DNA of 59,807 nucleotides from a virus. Its lineage: Duplodnaviria; Caudoviricetes. Each line of letters opens with the position of its first letter. Positions within the stretch are counted from its first letter, which is position 1. The stretch covers positions 1 to 59,807 of IMG/VR virus record IMGVR_UViG_3300028883_000009, one strand, 5' to 3'. The notes beneath the pieces were generated by a model. That model worked only from the letters and a program-made list of their open reading frames with translations. It was not told where the DNA came from and did no database searches. The position numbers were made by a program, and so were the translations under genes. This document shows positions 28,137-39,200 of the stretch, one piece after another.

Positions 28137-28527
28137 CTATGCTTCCCTTCCCGAATCGTTTTATGTGGTCTGGTTTGAATACTGTTTCCTGTAAAATGGC
28201 AATCAGTTCATGTACGTGTTTCCGTGCTTCCTTTTTCCGCTTTTTTGCTGCACAGTCCTCAATCGGGGCGAACATTCCTTCAAGCGTTTCGTGGAACGCA
28301 CATTCACGGAGTTTGTAGTTGGTCGGTTTTTCCTCTCCCCAGTCGGTAGCAAGGGCAACGGCTGCGTTCTTCGCTTCATCGTCATAATACACGCACGACA
28401 AACAGGCAACATCGGTAAGACAAAACGTCCAAAACAGGTGTTTCAGTCCGAAATGCTCAATCCAGTACTCGCACTCTTTCTTGAATATCTTGAGATGCTT
28501 GTTGGTACAGGTGTATTCTCTGCTCAT
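28129..28527 (-). CDS. Zincin-like protein
   Basis: CAFHETLE and HVHE motifs. Confidence 0.55.
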   Translation of the reverse strand: MSREYTCTNKHLKIFKKECEYWIEHFGLKHLFWTFCLTDVACLSCVYYDDEAKNAAVALATDWGEEKPTNYKLRECAFHETLEGMFAPIEDCAAKKRKKEARKHVHELIAILQETVFKPDHIKRFGKGSIDA

Positions 28528-28844
28528 TCTTCTGCCGGTAATACAGTTGTTTGTTTTGTGTCTGACGGGTTTATCTCGTACTGAAGTGCTCCCGATGTGG
28601 CTACTTCCTTCCCTAGTCCAAAGACAGTTTTGAGGAAATCCGTAATCGAAAAAGGTTTGGTCGTGTCGTTTATGGTGCTTACGCCCGATACCGTACCGTT
28701 GTCAAACGTCATGTCAAAGCGGGTTCCGGTACCCTGAAACTGTACGGGTCTGTTCATGGAATCGTACTGTACATGAACCGTGAACTTCGGCGCACAAGAT
28801 ACAAAGACCGCCAGTAATACACATATGGTGAGGGTTTTATACAT
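28524..28844 (-). CDS. Lipoprotein (lysis region; possible spanin-like)
   Basis: Signal peptide with lipobox FVSC. Confidence 0.65.
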   Translation of the reverse strand: MYKTLTICVLLAVFVSCAPKFTVHVQYDSMNRPVQFQGTGTRFDMTFDNGTVSGVSTINDTTKPFSITDFLKTVFGLGKEVATSGALQYEINPSDTKQTTVLPAEE

Positions 28845-28867
28845 GGTTGCTCCTGTAGGTAAGAAAT

Positions 28868-29401
28868 TTACGGGGTGACAACGCTCTGAATGAACATCTC
28901 GGTGTCCATCATTATAATGTGTGTGCTGCCCAGTCGTCTTGCCCAGTCGTCACCGTCCATATCGGTCATAGAGCCGTTACTCCACATAACGTTGTCAAGG
29001 TCACGGTACACGAAATGCCACTTGGTCTTATAATTTTGCATCTGCCCATTTCGTAACTGCACGAAATCGTAGATGTCACCACCACGGATTATCTCGTAAA
29101 GCAGCAGACAGAAGTCTTCGCAGTCCCCGTACCCCTCGATTATCATCACCCACGGGGGTTTGGCGTGGTCAACTTTTTCCGAACGGTACTTGATACCCCC
29201 CAGGGCGTTTTCAAGAGCCTTTGCCCCGTGATTAATATATGTCTGTCGTAGGATTGCGAGTTTTTCAAGGGCTTCTTGTTTGCGGGACTGATATTTAATG
29301 CCGTAGTACATCTCGTAGGCACTGGTGATGTTTCGCCATGCCTGAAAAATAGCGGCAAGGGCAAGCTCGTTTGGGTCAAGCAGGTTTATGTTGTCTCGCA
29401 T
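28868..29401 (-). CDS. Transglutaminase-like Cys-protease-fold protein
   Basis: GDCEDFC nucleophile motif and downstream WHFV. Confidence 0.65.
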   Translation of the reverse strand: MRDNINLLDPNELALAAIFQAWRNITSAYEMYYGIKYQSRKQEALEKLAILRQTYINHGAKALENALGGIKYRSEKVDHAKPPWVMIIEGYGDCEDFCLLLYEIIRGGDIYDFVQLRNGQMQNYKTKWHFVYRDLDNVMWSNGSMTDMDGDDWARRLGSTHIIMMDTEMFIQSVVTP

Positions 29402-29437
29402 ATTTATCCTTTACTTTTAAGCGGGTTTGGGTTGAAA

Positions 29438-29965
29438 TTACCTTTGCTTTTGCACAATAATTTGCGTTAACTCCCCACCCAACCATTCGGGCAAATCACC
29501 GGGGCGTGGTGTCTTCTTGCGGGGTCTGACATATCCGCAAAGTATCATCTCGTCAAAGACAAATTCAGAGCAGATGTAGTTTGACGCATCGTGGTTGATG
29601 CGACCGAGCATGTTGAGGAAAAGACCCTTGTAGTCATATCCTTTTGTGATGGAGCATTTGTGAAGGGCATCGGCAAGGATTATGGTTCTCTGTGCGTGGG
29701 AAAGCGGAACAGACAAATGAAAGACATTGCCTTTATATCCCCTGCTTCGTTCAGAAAGTGCCGTGAGTTTCAGACCGTGTGTCAGGGCTTCTATGAGGTA
29801 CACCCTTTCGGCAAGTGCCTTGTCGTGGAACCGCACTACCAACGAGGCGTGACTGTATTTCGACCACAGCCTGATTGCCCTGCTGATAATGCCACTTCCC
29901 TGCCACAAAATGCAGTCACCCGTCTGAATGGTGGGGCGTAGTTCATTGTACGTTTTTTTGGTCAC
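29438..29965 (-). CDS. Permuted papain-like NlpC/P60 (YiiX/YebB-like) protein
   Basis: GDCIL...SHAS...IEA...YD...ICSEFV...PGDL. Confidence 0.85.
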   Translation of the reverse strand: MTKKTYNELRPTIQTGDCILWQGSGIISRAIRLWSKYSHASLVVRFHDKALAERVYLIEALTHGLKLTALSERSRGYKGNVFHLSVPLSHAQRTIILADALHKCSITKGYDYKGLFLNMLGRINHDASNYICSEFVFDEMILCGYVRPRKKTPRPGDLPEWLGGELTQIIVQKQR

Positions 29966-30163
29966 TTATCTTCAACCTGTACGTGTTTCGTATCTTGTCG
30001 ATTTCGCCGGGGTAGCGTTCGTGGATGGTGATTTCAAGGTCAACGTCTAGGTATTGCGTGTCTTCACAGTTCTTCTCTGCCAACCTGTCAAGCTCGTTAA
30101 GCGTAGCGTCATAGGCTTTTTGTGCAAGTCTGCCTGTCAATTCGGGGAGTCTGTCAAAAATAC

Positions 30164-30442
30164 TCATTTTTCTATCTTGTCTATCTCTCGCTGGCAGTCG
30201 AGTTTAACGTCTTTCATAGCGGCAAGGATTTCACGTTTCATGTTTTGTATTTCCGCCTTGAACTGCCTTACATCTTCTCGGTATTCTTTTTGGTCAACCT
30301 TGCTGATTTCTTGAGCCGCTATTGCCTCGTCCTGCGACCTGTTCCACGACACCATATAGAGAAGCACCGTGAAAATAACCGCTATTATCGCCGCAGTACC
30401 ACCGATTTTTCTCCACCCGTTGCCGTTCGTCCCGTTTGCCAT
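30164..30442 (-). CDS. Single-TM coiled-coil membrane protein (holin/lysis candidate)
   Basis: One hydrophobic helix, next to the endolysin. Confidence 0.55.
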   Translation of the reverse strand: MANGTNGNGWRKIGGTAAIIAVIFTVLLYMVSWNRSQDEAIAAQEISKVDQKEYREDVRQFKAEIQNMKREILAAMKDVKLDCQREIDKIEK

Positions 30443-30444
30443 TT

Positions 30445-30705
30445 TTATCCCCTTCCCGGTTGAACGTGCAGGTGGTCGCCTTCGTCAAGACACGTTAACC
30501 CTAATCTCGTACACCAGTTTTGAGCGTTTACCTTGTCCTCCTCGGTGTCCCACACAAGGTCAACCGCCATGCCGATTTGATGGAGTGAAAGCGGAACACC
30601 CCCGACTTTCTCGTTGCGTTTCTTGCTGCGAATCCAAGACGTGACACTTACATTACAGTGAATAGCGATACAGCTTATACATTGTAAAAATTCAGTCTGT
30701 TTCAT
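30445..30705 (-). CDS. Peptidase M15A-type endolysin
   Basis: SWIR...N..VGG...SLH..GMAVD...HLHV. Confidence 0.85.
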   Translation of the reverse strand: MKQTEFLQCISCIAIHCNVSVTSWIRSKKRNEKVGGVPLSLHQIGMAVDLVWDTEEDKVNAQNWCTRLGLTCLDEGDHLHVQPGRG

Positions 30706-30867
30706 TTTTTAATTCCCCTAACCATTCTTCCAAATCTTCCCACGTTGCCCTCAACTGCCCACGGGAATAGTCGCTTATCCCCTTCTTGTGGCAACGGTTG
30801 CAGTAATACATCTGCTTCAGGATGATATTTCTGATTTTGTGCTCAATCATGTTTAATTCATCTGATG

Positions 30868-31338
30868 TCATATGTGTGCATCATAAAGCCGTGTGTACGG
30901 CGTGTTACCATCGTTTATCTTTACCACCCCATCGGTGCAGAGACAGAAGCAAAACTCATGCGCCCATCCTGGTGCCATTCCCCGAATCGTGCAAACAGCG
31001 CAACCTGGAACCGCTGCTTCCAATTTGCTCCTGTACCACCTTGTACTTCGGTTGCAGTCGAAAACGGACTGAGCGTTGTATTTCGGGAGTTGTGGCGGGG
31101 GGCAGTTTGCCTTGATCTCTGCCAACTTCCACTCGACTTCCGCTTGCGGATAGGTAAGGTAAAACGTATCTGCCCTGCCCATTGCCCATTCCACACCCTC
31201 ACTCCACTGAGAAAACACGTACCATTCGCACCAGTATTTTGCCTCTGCCGATGTGATTGACTGAGCGTTGTCATACGTCAGCGGTACGGGTTCAAGAAGG
31301 ACTCGGCCCTTGTGGAATAATGCTTTCCAAAGGTTCAT
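30868..31338 (-). CDS. Transglutaminase/papain-fold-like protein
   Basis: FDC...HEFC...IND putative triad. Confidence 0.5.
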   Translation of the reverse strand: MNLWKALFHKGRVLLEPVPLTYDNAQSITSAEAKYWCEWYVFSQWSEGVEWAMGRADTFYLTYPQAEVEWKLAEIKANCPPPQLPKYNAQSVFDCNRSTRWYRSKLEAAVPGCAVCTIRGMAPGWAHEFCFCLCTDGVVKINDGNTPYTRLYDAHI

Positions 31339-32714
31339 TTTTCAACCACCTTTGGCGTACATTCACAGTTTTCAAGTGCTCCAACTCTGCCTATCAGATC
31401 ATTTATCTGCTGTTGCTGAGTTAGGTTCTGATTGAGTAGGGCTGTTTTGTCGGCTTGAAGTTGATCAACTTTGTCTGATAACTGTTGAACAGCTTTAAAA
31501 AGGACTGGAACAAGTTCTGCCTTCGCTATACCATAGTATGTTTCATTATCATTATTGACTGTTTCGAACATTCGTTTAGGGATAAATGTTGATATTGCTT
31601 TGGGGTAAAATTCCAAAACATCTTGTGCCACAAACCCTGTGCGATTATCTGTACCGGCTTCTGTATAATCGGACACTTTTATTTTCTTAACTAAATCAAG
31701 CCCATCAATCCCTGTATCTCGGATGTTATCTTTTAACCTTTCATCCGATGAATCAACAAGTTGAAAAGTACCACCATTATTTTCGATGTATCCCACAGAG
31801 TTTCCATCACCATCAAATGCATAAAAATACAATGTTTGACCACTTCCATTATCAGCCCCCGCTTGTACCTCAATGCCGTAACGATTAGCATTGTTGCCAT
31901 CATTAAAAAACCTACCAACATAATCAGATTCAGCGTTGTCAACTACATCTAGTGCATTTCCTGGACTCGCAGTACCTATGCCTACGTTGCCAGTATCGCC
32001 TTCAACAACAAGTTTACTAGTATCCACCGTGAAATCATCCCCGGCATCACTCCCCAAATCAACATTCACACTCGTGTCAGCGTCACTCGCAATCGTGGCA
32101 AGGGAAATCTTTCGCACATCTACAATATCCTTGTCGTTTATGTCTATGCCATCGTTGAAGGTCTGTGTGACGGTGAAGGCATTAGCCACATCGTTCTTTG
32201 TGGTGTCGGCATCGTAGGCTTGAACCGTTACACCAAGATCGGCATTTTCCAGCACCATTGAGGTGGTGGCACTTATCATGTCAAGGTTGTCTGTGCTAAC
32301 ATCTGAAGCACCAAGAACCTTGCCCGTGCTGTCAATGTATGCCACGGTGTTGGTGTTTGCACCGGTTAGGGTGACGCCTACGTGGGTGGGTGAATCCGTG
32401 GTTGCCATTCCCTGATCTTGCCCGTCAAGATGTGCAAGTTCTGCTGAAGAAACCGCCGTTCCTGTTATCTTGCCGGTAGCATCTGTAATGAGGGCAGAAC
32501 CCTTTGTGAGATATGTCATGCTCGGCTGTACCTGAAACGTCCATGCCCCCGTTACCGATTCATCTTGTGACAGGTTCCCGTACTGTGTGTGGTCATCATC
32601 GGTCAATCCGTCAAGCGCACCGTGATCCGTCTTGCCGACAGGTTTCACCCGCACAGCATCGGCAGTTGACACCATGAAAAGCAGGATTAGAAATGCGTAT
32701 AATATCTTTTTCAT
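31335..32714 (-). CDS. Tail fibre with C-terminal S74 intramolecular chaperone and an N-terminal signal peptide
   Basis: GNVGIGTASP repeat, SSDERLKDNI cleavage motif, GFVAQD, coiled coil; starts MKKILYAFLILLFMVSTADA. Confidence 0.85.
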   Translation of the reverse strand: MKKILYAFLILLFMVSTADAVRVKPVGKTDHGALDGLTDDDHTQYGNLSQDESVTGAWTFQVQPSMTYLTKGSALITDATGKITGTAVSSAELAHLDGQDQGMATTDSPTHVGVTLTGANTNTVAYIDSTGKVLGASDVSTDNLDMISATTSMVLENADLGVTVQAYDADTTKNDVANAFTVTQTFNDGIDINDKDIVDVRKISLATIASDADTSVNVDLGSDAGDDFTVDTSKLVVEGDTGNVGIGTASPGNALDVVDNAESDYVGRFFNDGNNANRYGIEVQAGADNGSGQTLYFYAFDGDGNSVGYIENNGGTFQLVDSSDERLKDNIRDTGIDGLDLVKKIKVSDYTEAGTDNRTGFVAQDVLEFYPKAISTFIPKRMFETVNNDNETYYGIAKAELVPVLFKAVQQLSDKVDQLQADKTALLNQNLTQQQQINDLIGRVGALENCECTPKVVEK

Positions 32715-32724
32715 GTTTTCCCCC

Positions 32725-33201
32725 TTACTGCACCGCATGGATTATCATTTCAAGCAGCATTACGCCGGTGTTGGTGTTCGTGTCGTCATTCTTAATCTTC
32801 ACACCAATATCGTCTGTTGTGCTGTTGTCACGGTTCATGTAAATCAGGTTCAGGTCGTTGTCAGACATGGAACGGTTAATGCCGTCATAGTCATATATCT
32901 CGTACACACTGCCCTCGTAACTGCCCGATGTTTTGGTATAGATGCTCAAATCATAATCATCGGAATATGAAGACGTGGGACAGGCAATGGAGATGTAGTC
33001 AATCATGCCCTTCTGAAACGGCAAATCAATTGTCTGTAAATCACCCGTTGTGTTTGACTGAACAGAGGGGATGTAGGTCTGAATAACGTACACCTTGTCA
33101 AGCACCCTTAGTATGTCTGTGTCTGCCGGTGTTAACGTTCCCCCGAAACACACGCCGCACATGAACAGAAAAACCGTTATGCTGATTAGTAACTTCTTCA
33201 T
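32725..33201 (-). CDS. Signal-peptide-bearing beta-rich protein in the tail module
   Basis: MKKLLISITVFLFMCGVCFG; GGGAGG RBS. Confidence 0.7.
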   Translation of the reverse strand: MKKLLISITVFLFMCGVCFGGTLTPADTDILRVLDKVYVIQTYIPSVQSNTTGDLQTIDLPFQKGMIDYISIACPTSSYSDDYDLSIYTKTSGSYEGSVYEIYDYDGINRSMSDNDLNLIYMNRDNSTTDDIGVKIKNDDTNTNTGVMLLEMIIHAVQ

Positions 33202-33221
33202 TTATCTTCCTCCCTTTGCTT

Positions 33222-33292
33222 AAAATAAAAAGACCACGCCTATTGAAAGACGTGGCCTTAATGCGTGGTCTAGCTAAATTATATTTAATTTT
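33222..33292 (-). terminator. Terminator with an alternative pairing arm
   Basis: GGCCACGTC...GGCGTGGTC plus T run; upstream GACCACGC is also complementary to the 3' arm. Confidence 0.65.
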
Positions 33293-33295
33293 GTG

Positions 33296-36200
33296 TTATG
33301 CTATGTTGCCGAGTAATGTATTGCCCCTGTATCCGTATCGTGGTCGTTTGGGTCTGGCACGGGGTCTGACACGACCACGGGACTTTTTCTTCTTCTTTTG
33401 AGATTCCTTTAGAAGTTCATAAAAAGATTCCTTTTCACCACCCTTAATCTTTTCAAATGAAACACTAGCGGCATCATCTTTGCTTTTTATGTATTGCTCT
33501 GCCAGGTCAAAGGCGTGTTTCATTTCTTCTTCACTAAGTTTGTTTTCAACTTGTTTTTTTAGGTTCTCAACCCTTGTCTTAAATTCACTTGAAAGCTCGA
33601 TATATCTATCTAAATCCTTTGGTGAACTTGCCCGTAACGATTTGGTGAAATCAGACTTTAGAGATTGAAGTTTATATATCACCCTTCTTTCAACGGGGTT
33701 TCTCTGATACATAAAGACAAAAGGCCATATGGCAAAATCCCATATCTTATCAGAATTTTTATAAAGAGCCTTTGCCGCTTCCTTTTGTGTCGTTTCCGGT
33801 TCGTCAACAAGAGGTTTGGTTATCTTGACTATTTCGCCAAAAGCATAACGGGAGAAGTCCAACAACTGTATTGGCAATGGGTTAAACGGGTTTGTGATCT
33901 GCCCCCCGCCCGTTCTTTCGTTCTTGGCTATATTGATAGCAATTTTATAGACAGGGTGCATTAAATAAGATAAACCCTTAAACTCCTGTTCCCCGATTGA
34001 CATATCATCCCGCTTTTTAAGAAACCAGTAGTAGTATTTCAGGGGAAGGTTCGCCGGGTGTGAGAAGGTAACAACAACTTCCTTTTCCCCATCGTCTGTC
34101 TGCACTCGCTTTACATACTTTCTGCCCCACTGGTCATCATCCCATCCGTTCATTTTCATTAACAGGTCAACACCTATATTAATCCCGGCAGTTGTCAGTA
34201 GAGCACCGGCATAGGCAAGGTGTTTTCTATCAACGTTAGTCATTCTGCCGGTAAACGCTTTGCCTAATGTTTTGGGCAGTTTGAAAGCACTTTCAAGCAT
34301 TTTCCCGTAAAACTTGCCCATACAAATTTGAAATGTGGGGGTGAAAAACAGTTTATTGAGAATCTTTCTCGTTTTGGGTGGAACACTTGCATAGTCTGCG
34401 TGTGCCTGTGCCGCTACTTGTGCTGCATCCCTTGCGCTATACCCCTTGTCTCTGAGATATTCGTATGTTGTAAACCTAACATATTTATCTCCCTCCCACG
34501 CAAAATGCCATGACAGGTTGTAGACGTCTTTTATAAGATTTGTCGGGTTGTACCATTTCCCCACATGGTTCTTTATAACACCAACAAGATTTTTGCTTTC
34601 CTTAACGTCTGCCAACTGGTTTTTGAAATGGTTTAACGGGTTGTCGTACGGGGTTGAAAGCAGTCCGTTTTCAATCGCTTCATAATATCTCTTGCCCCGC
34701 TGATTTACGGTCTTTATGCCACGGTAAATATCTTTTCCCACCTTGTATGGGTTGAGCGTTCTCAATCCCCTTATCATCACACCCTGAACAACGTCATACA
34801 TGGGCATAATAACGGGGTTGTAAAACTGAAACATCTTTGCCGTGCTCATAAACACACCAATAACGTTTTCTTCACCCTTGAGCATTGACATATAATCTTG
34901 CAGGTATTTGTATGCTACCGGCTGTATGCGGTATTTTCTAAGTGTTGGAAATTCATCACCGGCCTCCACCCAGTCGGGGTGTGTCGGGTTTTCTTTTATT
35001 TTCTCAACCAACCCGTCTTTTATCATGGCATCTTTAATGTCTTTAAATGCCTTCTGTCTGAACACGTACCGGGTTACATACCCAACAGAGTCAATTATAT
35101 TGAACCGTTGTTCTGCTTCTTCAAGCGTTTTACCGGTTGCTTTTGATATGGTTTCAACAAGGTCGTAGGGGTCAATGGTTTCACGTCCTTTAATTTGACT
35201 AAAACCACCCTGTAAAAGAACCTGTTTGTATGCTTTCGGGTCTGTTCTTTTTAACTCATCAAAGATTGCGCCAAGCGGGATATGTGCATATTCAAGTTGC
35301 CTTAACCGTACAATATCGCCCTTGAGTTTTGATATTTGACTATAGAGTTTATTCTTATCAACTGTTAAGAGTTTTTCATCACGCAGTCTTTCCTTGTGTT
35401 GCTCTATGGTCTGTTCAATTCGTCTGATGTGGCTCCAGGGCCAGAGGTTTTCAAGTACCTCCCATTCCTTTAGGAGTGCTCCCATTTGGTCAAAATATGC
35501 CCGTATCGGTTTTGCCTGCTCCTGTAATTGGTCGAATTTGCCGGGGTGTTTCTTTTTAAACTTCTGTGAATTTGAAGCCACAAAGAGAAGTGCTATCTGA
35601 TCATCTTTCGGCAGTTTTGAATATTCTTTAACAGCGTCTAATGCCCGTTCATCGGCAAGCTGCTTCTTGCTTACCATCGTTTTAAGGGTAAACCCCGTAT
35701 CTTCGGCATCAAGTTTCCTAAACGGTGCTTCAACACTGAATGTTGCCTTTAGTCTGTCAAGCAGGGTTTCTTCATCGGGTATTATCCTGTTTAGGGTTTC
35801 CCGTACTTCTTCTTTTGGTGTTGAATCGTCTTTTAATTGTTGTATGAGCTTCTTTCTTGCCCCTTCAATGGTATCGTCCTTTACACCAAGACTCTCAACC
35901 TTTCCACGTTTTTTATCTATTCTTACAGCCTTAAATCTTGCTTTCTGGTATGGACTGCCACCCTTGTCAGGTATAAACCTGACATTTTCCATATTTCTCA
36001 TTTCCCGGTATGCCTCCACCGCCTTATTAGCGTTTGCCGTGGCAAGACCAACGTTGTCTTTGTACTGTGCCTTCCTGAGAAGGTGGTTTTTCATGTGCTC
36101 TTTAAATTCAACGCCCTTCTTCACCGCTTCTGCTTCAAGTTTTGCCATGAGTTCGAGGAAGGCGTTGTTTTGTGGTGAGTCAACCGCTTCTTTCGTGCTG

Positions 36201-39200
36201 AAACTCGTACCCCCCTCATACGTGACAATCGCATCTTCAACAGGTATGTTTTCGCTTGAGTAGGGTGGTGTCTTTGCCCGTTCTTCTGCGGTCATGTCTG
36301 CACGGGCGGCGGTGTCACGGGCCTCTATTTCACCGGCAAGACGGCGGTAATAAGAATAGGGGTCCATAATATCAGGGTCATTTTCAAGGTCTTTTACAGT
36401 CTGGACAAGAGCATCATATTGCCTTTGCATTTCTTCGTATTCTTTTTGTGTTTCGGCATTGTTTATTCTTTTTCTTGCCTCTCTTAGACCGTTTCTCTTT
36501 ATGTCTTTAAGTGTTTTTTGTTTTACAAGGTCTTTAAAATATATCTTCGGATTAGGACTCCCACCCCTTGCGAACCCCTCTCTCTCCTGTATGGCGTGTT
36601 GGATTTCGTGGAGAAGAATTGTACGCAATTCATCATAGTTTTTTGCTACAACCTTTATGGTTTTACCGTTATATTCGCCGCCACGTTCTTTGCCGAAAAA
36701 CTTATCAATCTCATCACGTATTTTTATACCAACCGGGATTTCTGCTGCTTCGGGATATTGTTTATATAATTCTGGATGGTTTAAAATATGTTTCAGTTTT
36801 ACTCCGGTTTTGCTTGAATCAAGGATTACTTCGCCCGATTTATCAAGATATTCTTTTGCTTCATCTGCTATCTTCGCCTTACTATCATCAATCTCAAACC
36901 GTTCCTTCTTGTCATACTTGCCTTCAAATACCTTCCCGCCCTTCTTTGCTTCTTCAAACGTGGTTGCCTTGCCACCCACAAGCATACCGTGTTCGTTGGA
37001 AATGGCGTTCTTGGCAGACAGGTACAACTGACGTGCGATTCTGCGTACCCTCTCCCACGCCTTGCCGAGTGCTTCGTGCATTGCCTTGTACCACTCGCTG
37101 TACTTTGTCTTGCCGGACTCGTACACATGCCGAGCGAGGGTGTTGAGGTCGTCACCTAGTTCTTCCAACGTCTTCTGAAGGGGTGCTCCTTCAACGTCCA
37201 TTGAAAGACCGATGTGGGGTCGCTCTTTGTAGTAATTGTCTATATCGTTAAGTATTTTACGGGGTGATGTTCCAATATCATATTGGTGCGATTCTGTGTT
37301 TGCAGCATACATATAATCGTCTTTTTCTTTTTGTATCCCACTTGAAAGGTCTAAATAAACCTCACCATTTAAAGACGATATAAGTTGTTGCAGTACCCTT
37401 CTCTGTGCTTGGTTTGGGGCGTTTAAAAGATGGATAGACCCACTATTACCGTCAATCCTTATATTCCCAAGTTGCATAAACTCATACATGTGCAGATCGG
37501 TTGGGGATGATACCTCCCTGTGGTCAAGACTTCTTCTTGATGTGCCACTACCCTGATTTTTCCCCGAAAGGTCAAGCATGGTGCCACGGGGTGTTATATA
37601 TCCGGCAGATTCAAACGACTTTGTTAAACCAAAATATCTTGCTGCTTTCCGCTGTATAGAATCAACTTGTCTTTGAGTATCACTTTTTTGATGTTCACCA
37701 AGTTCAAGAACCTCTTTAAGCGTTTCTCCGTGTTCATCTCCCCAACCATTTTTGCGATGGTCATTGGTTTCCTTAAAAAACTTTTCCCACCTAAAACCAG
37801 AATCTTCACCACCAAAACCCTTCCGCTTCATGCGTGTGGCGATTTTCTTCCACTCCCGTTTTGTAATTCCACCTATGTCTGTTATAACAACATTGCCAGC
37901 ATCGTTTATGTGTGCTTTTTCAGGTTTACTGCTAGGCGGTTCAATCCTCTTACCTTGCTCGTCAACGTACTTTATCGTCAGACCGCCCTTGTCTTTGGAG
38001 TAGTCAATAACAGCGTCTTTCAGCTTGTCAAAGTTGGAGGCGATGCGGGAGGTGGTGGCGGGGATGTTGGGTGTTGCTTTTACTTGTAACTCATCAAATA
38101 TTGGTTTTTGGCCAGTTTTCCGTTCTATCAAGTCTGCCGCTGCATCAAGGTCGCTTGATATGTCATCTTGATATTTTTTAACCCTTCTTGTGATTGCCGC
38201 ATTACTTGACGCTTCTCTGATAACAACACCGTCAAGCCTTTTTTGTTCTTCCGCAACAATGCCCTTGGTTATTTCAGCAAGTTTATCATATAACTGCTTT
38301 GCGTTTTTGTCTGTTATTGCCGTTTCATAACGACCGTATCCAACATGCATCCTTTTAGAGTAGGCGTTCCAAAGCTGTTTCCTTGCACTTATTACTTGTG
38401 TAAGCAGATTACGGTTAATGTCCCATATCTGTTCTTTGGCAATGCGTTCGCCACTCTTGCCCTCTGCAAAATGTGTAACACACTCACTACCAACAGCCAT
38501 TGTCCATTTTTTGTTGTCATTCTGTAACCAATAGTATTTCTTAATGCGATGACCACATAGTTGGCACGTTTCTTCGCCTTGGAACAACGATGGTGCGTTT
38601 TTGTATCCACTCGGAAAATCAAAACTTGGCATCATGGTCATACCACCACCGTCTGTTTCAACAGCTGTTTCACCGCTAACGGGTATAGCTGACCATTCGC
38701 TAATATCCGTTCCCATGTGTTTCATGTTTTCGGATACAGCTTTATCGTAGGACATTCCTATGGGTTTTTCTTTGGTATCAATAGACAACTGTTCTTTCGG
38801 TACGGGTTTCTCAAACTCAAAATCTTCCCCGCCCGTTATGCCTTCTTCCGGCATTTCAGACTGAACAGTTAGGAGGTCTTGCTGTGTGGGTTTCTTCTTT
38901 TGCTTCTTAGCTGATTGCTGCTTTAGGGTAAGGGGTTCTCCTTGGGATTCTTTTTCTATTGCTTCAGCTTCACGTTTCCATTTTGTTTCATCAGAACGAA
39001 ATTCGTCTAATTCTTCGGCCTGGTCGTTGAGCCAATCTCCGAGTTCGTTGACTGTTTCTGAGACTTCTTCTTCGGTAAGAATCCCATTTGCCACGCTTTC
39101 TGCATTAACTTCGCTCTGTACAGATTTTTCATGTGTTCTCGCAGTTTCGTCAACTGCTGTGGCGTTAATTTGTCCTTCATTTATTAACTCCTGCTTGACA

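Noticed and set aside
31335-33201. Diversity-generating retroelement targeting the tail fibre
   Set aside because: No reverse transcriptase ORF and no TR/VR pair with adenine-specific mismatches was seen.
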